DNA from: a virus
Strand: one strand, 5' to 3'
IMG/VR virus record: IMGVR_UViG_3300021961_000076
Location: 4,287-68,286 of that record
Length of the DNA: 64,000 nt
Position numbers and translations under genes: made by a program. A model generated the notes under the pieces. It saw only the letters and a program-made list of their open reading frames with translations, had not been told where the DNA came from and searched no databases. Below are positions 55,995-64,000 of this stretch, piece by piece; position 1 is the first letter of the stretch, and each line of letters opens with the position of its first letter.

Positions 55995-56666
55995 TTATTG
56001 GAATCTTGTTTTTTGTGCTTCGTAGTTTTGTAACACTTCGTCGTCCGATAAAAGCCTTGAATATGATGTATACTTTGCTATACTTCCTTCAAAGGGCCTA
56101 TCGGAGGTGTTCCAAGGAGCAACCCCTAGTCGTATTACACTGCTATTAGGAGTCACCACTCCTGATCTAATGGCAGTATACTTTCTTGCATTTAGCCAAA
56201 AAGTAAGTGCTGTTCCGTTCCAACCTAAGACTATATGAGCCCAAGTATTAAATGCAACAGAAGCTATTCCTCCCCAGTCTTGGTTACTGCTCCCATACGT
56301 AACATACCCCCAGTTACTCCCGTTTATTCGTATAACTCGAGTTGCGCCATACGTACCTCCTCCTCCAAAGCCAGCTACCATTTGATCAGAACCGTCACTA
56401 CTTGGTTTTACCCAAGCTTCTATAGATCCTTGTGAAGTGTGGAAGGTAGAATCTAAGCTAGAAAAATTGATATAATCGTCGGTACCGTCAAAGACCCATA
56501 TCCCGTTATTACTATTTGAAAAAGTAGCGTTAGTTATTGTGCCAGTAGGAGTACTAATCAAATCAGACACAGTAGTACCTGTCCCAGGGTATGAATTTAT
56601 ATCACCTGCATCAATGGCAAAGGTTATTCCACTTGTTACTATTCTAGGATTGTGATGGAGTGACAT
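55995..56666 (-). CDS. LamG-like protein without the insert
   Basis: DAG..NSYPG.G, FDGTDDY, SIEAWVKP, W.HIV..W.G, YSRLLS..EV.QNY. Confidence 0.8.
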   Translation of the reverse strand: MSLHHNPRIVTSGITFAIDAGDINSYPGTGTTVSDLISTPTGTITNATFSNSNNGIWVFDGTDDYINFSSLDSTFHTSQGSIEAWVKPSSDGSDQMVAGFGGGGTYGATRVIRINGSNWGYVTYGSSNQDWGGIASVAFNTWAHIVLGWNGTALTFWLNARKYTAIRSGVVTPNSSVIRLGVAPWNTSDRPFEGSIAKYTSYSRLLSDDEVLQNYEAQKTRFQ

Positions 56667-59600
56667 TAACCTTTGAGTTTTTTAATTTCTTGTTTCAATT
56701 CATCGATCTGCTTTTGCTGCTCTTTGATTGCTTCAATCAATACAGCTGTAATGTTACCGTAAGCAACTGAATAAGTTCCTTCAGAGTCTTGAGATACTAC
56801 TTCCGGTAGTACTTCTAGTACTTCCTGGGCTATAACACCGATCTTCTTCTCAGGCTCTCCTATCTTATTATACGAAACTCCTCGTAAGTTCTGTACTTTT
56901 TCTAGAGAATTTTCTAGCGTTACTACGTTTTCTTTTACTCTAGCATCTGAATAAGCGATTACATCACCTGTTGCACGGATAGTTCCAGTTACATCTAGTT
57001 TATAAGCTGGAGTTGTTGATCCAATACCTACGTTACCGTTTGGCAGTATTACAAACGTTTTTGCATAGCTAGCTACAGCTCCAGCTGCCCCAGTGGACGG
57101 AGTCATTCTTATCTGGAAGCCACCTGTTGCATCGCTGTAAAGCAGGTTAGCATAACCAGCTGCTCTGTGTCTAAAATCAGTACCGTCAAAATAAACGTTC
57201 TCTCCTATCCAAGCATTATTTACTCCGTAAGTATATACTTCCCAGGATCCAAATTTAGCACTTTCAGTTTGACCTAGCCGTACTTCAAACTTACTATAAT
57301 CACGAACACTGCAAGTACCAATACCTACCTTACTACCAGTTACTACTAAATCACACTGTCCATAAGCTCCTAATACTACTGTATTATCAGCAAACGCTTC
57401 CATAACCGGTAGACCGGCTATAGTGTTAACACTAAATAATGAATCACTTAGATCATCGCTTACCTCAAATAATCTACCGTTATTACCATCAACGGCCATG
57501 ATAGTAGTGTTGGCTGTACTACCTGATCCTGCTACTACTAGAACGTCGGCTGATCCAACTACATTAAGTTTAGCTGATGGCGATGTTGAACCGATACCTA
57601 CGTTTGCAGTAGTATCGATAGTCATAACGTTAGCAGTGTTGTTAGGGTGGAATACTATCTTACCGTTACTGTTATAGATGTTTAAGGAACTAACACCACC
57701 CCAGCTTGTATTAGCTGATCCCTGTTTAAATACTTCCCCAGTACCACTGTTGGTTGCCCATACAGTATTTGAGTATAGTGTATTACTTGAGTCACCGATA
57801 AGTACTTGTATACCGGTCGCATTGTTTTCAAACTTTGCAATGTTAACAACCGATGGAGAGAATACGTTAAGTGGAGCAGTAGCGCTAGATTTACCTATAG
57901 CTACATCTCCTAAGAAGTATGCATTACCGTTGCTATAGATTCCTGCATTGTCGACTGAAGCGCTGGTGAAGAACATATCAAAGTTCTGGTCTACTCTCCA
58001 TCTATATACTCCGGCTCCGTTTGATGCTCTTATGATATTAGTATTGGTGTCTCTGTAGTTAACATCTAGAACAGATCCAGGAGATGTTAAACCAACACCT
58101 ACATTACCGTTCTTATCTATTGTAAGTCTTGCAGAAGTTGGATCTCCGCCAGCGGCTGTTGAGTTAGCAATAGTAAAGTTTCCGTAGTTTGTAGAAATGG
58201 CTCCTACCGTCCAGTTCCTTGAATCAGTTTGTCCAGAAACAGTATCATAAAAGGCTACTTGTGGAGCTGAAGCCCAGGTCTGTGAGGATGCAGCTATTGT
58301 CAATATCTTAGCTGGGCTGGTAGTACCAATACCTACGTTACCGTTACTATCTATAACAAAATCTGCAGTACCGTCTGTTACACCGCCTTGCTGTCCAATG
58401 GTTGGAGTAGTGTTAGCATCTGTAGATCTAATGATTGCAAATTTGTTAACATCAAGAGCATTAGTGATTAAGATTCTTCTAGAGCTACCAGTGTAATTTG
58501 AGTTTGCCCACAGTAATATCTGACCAAAGTCTCCGTAATAGTTTGTACCTGCATCTGTTACGTTCTTACCCTGTATTATAAGTTTTGTATCAGAGGCTGT
58601 GGTAGTACTTCCATAAGATGCACCGATATTAACATAACTGTTTGCATCGGTTGCTAATAATGTTGTATTATGGATTTTTGCATTACCGTCTACTTCTAGA
58701 GTGTAGCCTGGGGTAGTAGTACCTAATCCTAGATTACCGTTATAGAGCAGAGTCATCGGAGTATGAACAGTAGTGGTATTTAGAGCTAATCTCCATCTTA
58801 AACTCATAGGAGCGTAAGTACTGGCTGTACCTCCGTTATCATCTTTGTACCAGGTCATATCACCGCCAAACTTATAGTAGTTTGGTCCAGCAGTTTGTAA
58901 AGCAAAGGCCTGAATTTGGAAGATCTCGTCTCCGTTAGCTACACTTGAGTTAGCTCCTGTTGTTCCTCTGGATTTATATCCGATAATTTTAGCAGGATTA
59001 GAATCAGTAGAGGATTGGTTTATTCCGATGTGAGGGTTTGCTGGGTTATCGCTTGTAACTAAGAAGACTGGGTTTGAGTCAAACGTCCAGGAAGCTGCAG
59101 TTGGACTAGAGTCATCATTAGTAATAGTGAATCCTCCTGTAGTGTTTGAACTATCGCTTACTCTAAAGATAGCATTACCTTGAACATCAAGTGCTGCGGA
59201 TGCTCCGCTTTTACCTATACCTACGTTACCTCCAAATAAAGCATCTCCGTTTCTCTTCAATACCATAGGAGTCTCATAGGTACTTCCGCTGTTAAACCAG
59301 AATACCATTCCACCTCCCAGATTAGGTGTTAAGCCGAAATCTGTTTCTGCCGATCCGTAAGACATTTTCCAGGTACCGTCTACTTCTGTTCTTGCTCCGC
59401 CTCCTCCGTGTTCAAGAGCATAGCTAGAGGCTAAGTTAGCGCCGGTGCCTTTTATTAAAGACGCAGCAGTTGCTGTAGAATTATAGAGATGTAGTTTTTC
59501 AGATGGACCAGTAGTTCCAATTCCTAAGTTACCAAATGGATCTAAAGTCATCTTAGAGCTTAATCCAACGCCTGATTCTCTTACTTGGAATTTAAGTCCT

Positions 59601-62600
59601 GAGCTGTAGTTACCTGATGTACTGTTTAATTTGTACATTTTGATGATAGCACCTTCTGTGTAGTTAGTATCACCGATATACTTATATCCAAGAACAATCT
59701 GACCGCCAACACCGGCAGCTTGTGATGTAGAATCGTAATGAGCTAATCCGGTTCTTACATCATCGTTTGCACCGATGGCTGAGTAAAAAGTTCCGTTACC
59801 ATCTACTCTTAGTTTTGCATCTGGTGTTGTTGTACCAATACCTACGTTACCGCTTGATCCGGTGATGAATAGGTCATTATAAGTGCCGTCTCTACCTACT
59901 CTGATAGAGCGAGTGCCGGAATTAGATCCAAATGAAGATATTCCGCTTTGATCACTTATGTAGGCTGAGCCTCCTTGTACATATCCGGTAGCATAAATGT
60001 TTCCAGCAACCTGTAGCTTTTGACCTGGACTAGTAGTGCCAATACCTACATTACCTCCAAACGGGTTGATATGCAACTGACCGGTTTGTGTAGAATCTCC
60101 TAGGACTTGCATGGTGTAGTTCTCAGTACCATTTGATGATACTACAAAGTCTCTTACAGCTCCATTTCTACCTGTGATTCTAAATGCTACAGATCCTGAA
60201 GAGGTAGCTCCTAGATCTTGAGCTGACCAAGATTCATCGTTATTGATATGAAGCTGTGCTAGAGGAGCGCTAGTGTTAATACCTACGTTTCCGTTAGCTC
60301 CGTCTGCGTATATAGAGTAAAGGTTTGCTGTTGTACCTACATAGAAATCTACATCACCTTGGTTGATGTTGACTACTACTCTATCTTGAGTAGTCTCTTG
60401 CCAGCGCATCATCTCTACTCCTCCAGCAAAAACTTGAGCTATATCTGTATCAAATCTAAAATATGTATTTGTATCACCGGTATGGTAGATATACTCGTCT
60501 GTATATAGAGTGCTTCCTAATATATTACCGCTAGAATGTATATCTCCTGCTACGTCTAATTTTGTAGTCGGTGCTGCTACTCCAATACCAATGCTAGATC
60601 CTGAGATTACTAGAACGTTTTGATTCCAGTCAGTAGCACTGCCTGAAGGAGCATTTGCTGTAATAAATTCAGTAAAGTCCGGTAATGCTACTTCATTACC
60701 AAAGAACGATCCTCCAGTTATAAGCTTAGGATCAATACCTATAGCTGCTGCTACACCGTTTGAGCCCTTACCGTACCAATCACCAATCTGTGCTACTTCG
60801 TAACTTGATGCATATCCGTAGTAAGAGGTCTGGAAGTATGTTAACGGTGCTCCGTTGCTTACTCTAAATAGAGCACCTGTGTTAGCGTCTACATGCAGCT
60901 TATAAGATGGTGAGGAAGTACCAATACCTACAAAGCCGCCACTGTGACCAGTAATTCGCATTGCTTCGGTTGCTGCGACTGAGGCGCCTCCACCCGGTGA
61001 TGTTCCAAATGCTAAAGCTCCAGCAGGAACCGAAGAAGCTACATCATTAATATTTTGAATATAGGCAGCAATTTTAGTTCCATTAGGACTGCTAGAATCT
61101 TTAGTGTAGAAGTCTATTTTACTTATATTCTGCCCGGAAGACCAAGTCTTATCTTCTGTATTAGTTAGTCTAAGTAAAGGTTGAGAGTTAGCAATATCTA
61201 ATGTAGCGGCAGGGTTAGCAGTACCAATACCTACATTACCGCTAGAATTTATTACCATTCTAGGTACGGCCGGGGAGTTTAGCGCTATAGGATTTGTGAA
61301 GAATCTAATATTACTACCACCGTTTGTACCATCTGGATAGCCGGTAGAAACAATATCAAGGTACCTTGGATATGGACCAAGTCCATCGCTATCGCTTGCG
61401 TAATAGCCATTAAAGAAGTTTTGTCCAAGCCCTGTGTTTGGGCCAGCATCATAAGAAGCTACTGGTGTACTTCCGTTACTTATTTGGTTTTGTATAGATA
61501 ACTGGGCGTATGGGTTTGTTAATCCAATACCTACGTTGCCGTTTATATATAAAAAGTTGGAACCTCCACCCAACAATTGAAGCTGATTACCAGTGTATGG
61601 GGTTACGCGGTCGGTATAAAGTATTCCTGATGGTTGCCATATATCGCCCTCGACGTGAAGGATGGCTCCTGGAGTAGCAGTACCAATACCTACTTTACCG
61701 TCATTACGTATAATAAATCTAGGATTATTATCAGTCCAGACAGCTAACGGTGCTGCATCTGTTCTCGCGCTATTTAGAGTTCTGATAAAGAGGTTATTAC
61801 CATCACCGGCGTTTAAGAATTCCACCATTGCAGCAGAGCCGGAGCCTATTCCGGCAAAGCCGGCCATACCATCTACCTCTAAATAATTTTGTTCTAAAGT
61901 ACCTGTGATACCTACCGTTCCGTAGAAGTCATGGGTATCATCGTTGCTATTACCAAATATTGTAGATCCTGAGTCAAATACAATACTTGCAGATACAAAC
62001 GTAGTATGGAATTCTCTTGCTGTAAGAATACCGTCAACGGTCATATCTCCTACAAACTTAGTATCTCCTACTACATGCAACATGGTGTCTGGGAGGGTGG
62101 TACCAATACCTACACGGGCTGCGGTGTATGAGTAGTCAGTTCCTGATTCTACCCATCTCCACATCTCTACTCCTCCGGCTACGATTCTAACCTGGTCTGC
62201 AGAAACAAAGTCTAAGTATGTGTTTGTATCTGCGGAGTCATAGACATATCTATCTGTGTAGATAGCTCCGCCTCTGATTGTTCCGAGTACGTCTAGGTTG
62301 TAACTCGGTACTGTAGTTCCAACACCTACTTTTATGTCACCAGTTCCACTATTAGTAAAAGCAACAGTTCTATCTACACTACTGCCCCATCCAATTTGTG
62401 CTATGCTACCGTCTGACTGGATATTAAACACGCTTGAACCATAAGTATACATCAGAAAGGATGTACTAGCTCCTGATCCGGTTTCAATAAGTACTTGTCC
62501 AAGTCTTGGGTTAATTGTGCCTGAATCTGTTCCAAAATGAGCTCCTCCGACTACGTGTAGGGTAGCATTAGGAGAGGTGGTTCCGATACCTACGCTACCG

Positions 62601-64000
62601 GCGACACGTAAACCACCTGTACTGGTTTCCCCAATTGAGACGTGGTTTGCATTACTATACTGTAGGTATAGAGTACCATCGTTTGTTGTTCCGCTTGCTG
62701 CTCCAGCTATAAACCTTGTTTTTATAGCGTTTTCACTTGTACTAGTACTGTATATGTTACCGGTATACCTAGCGTTACCGACAACATCCAGGGTAAATCC
62801 TGCACTGTCGGTCCCAATACCCACACTACCCCCGTATGGGTTGAGGAATATCGGATAGGCTGTAGTGCCTGCTCCGTTAGTTCTTTGAATGTATGCTCCT
62901 CCTCCGTCAACACCTCCGAAAGAAGTAACGGTTGAATCTAAAGCGTTAGTTTTAAGTAGTAGAGAGGCTGATGTTACTGTAGTTGCTCTATCTCCGGCAT
63001 ATCCCGCTTCTGCAGATGCTACGTGTAGCCTGACTGACGGAGAAGCAACTCCAATACCTACATTACCTGTAGTATCGATAATAAAGTTAATATCGTCAGG
63101 AGTGCCGCTAAAGCCTGAGTCTAATCTAGAGATTGCAAATTTACGGTCTGGGTTGACAGCTACACCCCATGATCCTGTTCCTGCAGTATCAAAGCGTAGT
63201 CTATTCCACTTACCATCATCACCGGCGAGTACTACGTTACCAAAGTAGCCCTGTTGGCCGGAGGTAGGGGGAGTACCTGTAACTTTAACGTGGAGAGGTG
63301 CGTACGGGGTAGAGGTGCCGATACCTAAATTAGCGCCGTCGAAAATAAGATCAGCATCAGAAGTTAAAGTGTCAGCATCCGACCAGTAAGCTACTCTGTT
63401 AGTAGCACCTGAACCATCTACCAGGCTCGTGCCCCATACTCTTGAATCAATCTCGTCAGTCTTTAAATACCCGTCAGAATCTAAAATTACAACAGAGTTA
63501 TCTGCTCCTGTTCCTAAGTTAGGAGCGTAAATTGTACCGTCGTTCTTGATAGCTAATCTATCTGTACCTGAGCCGTTGGTCATGTACATATCAAAGAACT
63601 GGTCTACTCTGAATCTGTAGTTACCAGATCCGCTGGATACTCTAATGATATTAGTAGTTCCGTCTGGATGGTTTACGTCTAGGATAGCACCTGGGTTAGT
63701 TATACCAATACCTACTTTTCCGGTTCCGTCTAAGCGTACTACCTCTCCAGAATCGTCGTATAACCTTAAGGCATCAATACTGGTAAATCCTACCAATACA
63801 TCGTCTGTAGAAGATTCTAACTGAAGGATAGGTACGTATGTTCCGTCTCCGCGAGTAACATAATAAGTTGGATTTGATCCGGTAATAGAAATGTTACCGG
63901 CGACATCAAGTTTTGTTACTGGGCTACTGGTGCCAATACCTACACTACCTAATGCGTTAATACGCATTTGCTCGGTATTTTCTGTGAAGAAGGTAATACT
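56666..64000 (-). CDS. Giant tail fibre with GNVGIGT repeats and a C-terminal peptidase S74 chaperone; start lies beyond the window
   Basis: Many G.VGIGT..P...L.V repeats; YSDARVKEN...GVIAQEV..VLPEVV...YG...AVLIEAIKEQ; frame is open to position 64000. Confidence 0.9.
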   Translation of the reverse strand, partial: SITFFTENTEQMRINALGSVGIGTSSPVTKLDVAGNISITGSNPTYYVTRGDGTYVPILQLESSTDDVLVGFTSIDALRLYDDSGEVVRLDGTGKVGIGITNPGAILDVNHPDGTTNIIRVSSGSGNYRFRVDQFFDMYMTNGSGTDRLAIKNDGTIYAPNLGTGADNSVVILDSDGYLKTDEIDSRVWGTSLVDGSGATNRVAYWSDADTLTSDADLIFDGANLGIGTSTPYAPLHVKVTGTPPTSGQQGYFGNVVLAGDDGKWNRLRFDTAGTGSWGVAVNPDRKFAISRLDSGFSGTPDDINFIIDTTGNVGIGVASPSVRLHVASAEAGYAGDRATTVTSASLLLKTNALDSTVTSFGGVDGGGAYIQRTNGAGTTAYPIFLNPYGGSVGIGTDSAGFTLDVVGNARYTGNIYSTSTSENAIKTRFIAGAASGTTNDGTLYLQYSNANHVSIGETSTGGLRVAGSVGIGTTSPNATLHVVGGAHFGTDSGTINPRLGQVLIETGSGASTSFLMYTYGSSVFNIQSDGSIAQIGWGSSVDRTVAFTNSGTGDIKVGVGTTVPSYNLDVLGTIRGGAIYTDRYVYDSADTNTYLDFVSADQVRIVAGGVEMWRWVESGTDYSYTAARVGIGTTLPDTMLHVVGDTKFVGDMTVDGILTAREFHTTFVSASIVFDSGSTIFGNSNDDTHDFYGTVGITGTLEQNYLEVDGMAGFAGIGSGSAAMVEFLNAGDGNNLFIRTLNSARTDAAPLAVWTDNNPRFIIRNDGKVGIGTATPGAILHVEGDIWQPSGILYTDRVTPYTGNQLQLLGGGSNFLYINGNVGIGLTNPYAQLSIQNQISNGSTPVASYDAGPNTGLGQNFFNGYYASDSDGLGPYPRYLDIVSTGYPDGTNGGSNIRFFTNPIALNSPAVPRMVINSSGNVGIGTANPAATLDIANSQPLLRLTNTEDKTWSSGQNISKIDFYTKDSSSPNGTKIAAYIQNINDVASSVPAGALAFGTSPGGGASVAATEAMRITGHSGGFVGIGTSSPSYKLHVDANTGALFRVSNGAPLTYFQTSYYGYASSYEVAQIGDWYGKGSNGVAAAIGIDPKLITGGSFFGNEVALPDFTEFITANAPSGSATDWNQNVLVISGSSIGIGVAAPTTKLDVAGDIHSSGNILGSTLYTDEYIYHTGDTNTYFRFDTDIAQVFAGGVEMMRWQETTQDRVVVNINQGDVDFYVGTTANLYSIYADGANGNVGINTSAPLAQLHINNDESWSAQDLGATSSGSVAFRITGRNGAVRDFVVSSNGTENYTMQVLGDSTQTGQLHINPFGGNVGIGTTSPGQKLQVAGNIYATGYVQGGSAYISDQSGISSFGSNSGTRSIRVGRDGTYNDLFITGSSGNVGIGTTTPDAKLRVDGNGTFYSAIGANDDVRTGLAHYDSTSQAAGVGGQIVLGYKYIGDTNYTEGAIIKMYKLNSTSGNYSSGLKFQVRESGVGLSSKMTLDPFGNLGIGTTGPSEKLHLYNSTATAASLIKGTGANLASSYALEHGGGGARTEVDGTWKMSYGSAETDFGLTPNLGGGMVFWFNSGSTYETPMVLKRNGDALFGGNVGIGKSGASAALDVQGNAIFRVSDSSNTTGGFTITNDDSSPTAASWTFDSNPVFLVTSDNPANPHIGINQSSTDSNPAKIIGYKSRGTTGANSSVANGDEIFQIQAFALQTAGPNYYKFGGDMTWYKDDNGGTASTYAPMSLRWRLALNTTTVHTPMTLLYNGNLGLGTTTPGYTLEVDGNAKIHNTTLLATDANSYVNIGASYGSTTTASDTKLIIQGKNVTDAGTNYYGDFGQILLWANSNYTGSSRRILITNALDVNKFAIIRSTDANTTPTIGQQGGVTDGTADFVIDSNGNVGIGTTSPAKILTIAASSQTWASAPQVAFYDTVSGQTDSRNWTVGAISTNYGNFTIANSTAAGGDPTSARLTIDKNGNVGVGLTSPGSVLDVNYRDTNTNIIRASNGAGVYRWRVDQNFDMFFTSASVDNAGIYSNGNAYFLGDVAIGKSSATAPLNVFSPSVVNIAKFENNATGIQVLIGDSSNTLYSNTVWATNSGTGEVFKQGSANTSWGGVSSLNIYNSNGKIVFHPNNTANVMTIDTTANVGIGSTSPSAKLNVVGSADVLVVAGSGSTANTTIMAVDGNNGRLFEVSDDLSDSLFSVNTIAGLPVMEAFADNTVVLGAYGQCDLVVTGSKVGIGTCSVRDYSKFEVRLGQTESAKFGSWEVYTYGVNNAWIGENVYFDGTDFRHRAAGYANLLYSDATGGFQIRMTPSTGAAGAVASYAKTFVILPNGNVGIGSTTPAYKLDVTGTIRATGDVIAYSDARVKENVVTLENSLEKVQNLRGVSYNKIGEPEKKIGVIAQEVLEVLPEVVSQDSEGTYSVAYGNITAVLIEAIKEQQKQIDELKQEIKKLKG

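Noticed and set aside
824-63248. Numerous plus-strand and nested ORFs of 60-136 aa in the track
   Set aside because: They are antisense or out-of-frame shadows of well-supported minus-strand genes with no recognisable motifs; only 19076-19300 has its own signals
1-64000. tRNA genes or stop-codon reassignment
   Set aside because: No cloverleaf was seen in the short intergenic gaps, and genes are full length in the standard code with TAA, TAG and TGA all used as stops

Overview
This window is a 64-kb segment of a large lytic contractile-tailed (myovirus-type) phage, most likely infecting Bacteroidota/Flavobacteria. The host inference rests on TTG-N-TAnnTT(T/A)-type promoters, A-rich leaders mostly lacking Shine-Dalgarno sequences, and a T9SS-like sorting tail. 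Almost all genes are on the minus strand. 1-15.5 kb: Hsp20, a family-A DNA polymerase, a PD-(D/E)XK nuclease and a complete 7-deazaguanine DNA-modification cluster (folE, queD, queE, queC, queF, a DpdA3-like transglycosylase and a PurN-like DpdN formyltransferase, predicting formyl-preQ1 DNA). The cluster is interleaved with a nucleotide kinase, an NTP pyrophosphatase, HPRT, ThyX, ferredoxin and thioredoxin, plus an inserted four-gene exported-protein cassette. 15.5-19.6 kb: small early genes and a GH73 hydrolase. 19.6-28.6 kb: nrdAB, helicase, 5'-3' exonuclease, RecA, SSB and a second divergent PolA. 28.7-40 kb: baseplate, tape measure, frameshifted tail chaperone, tube and sheath. 40-64 kb: a very large tail-fibre/LamG receptor-binding module. 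The most notable unannotated signal is two near-identical preQ1-I-riboswitch-like aptamers. Each lies between a promoter and a start codon: one before folE, one before the first gene of the trx-queD-queE unit. This suggests metabolite feedback control of a phage DNA-hypermodification pathway. Further candidate structured RNAs lie upstream of queC, nrdB, hsp20 and the 1746-aa tail fibre. All calls come from visual motif recognition; no searches were run.
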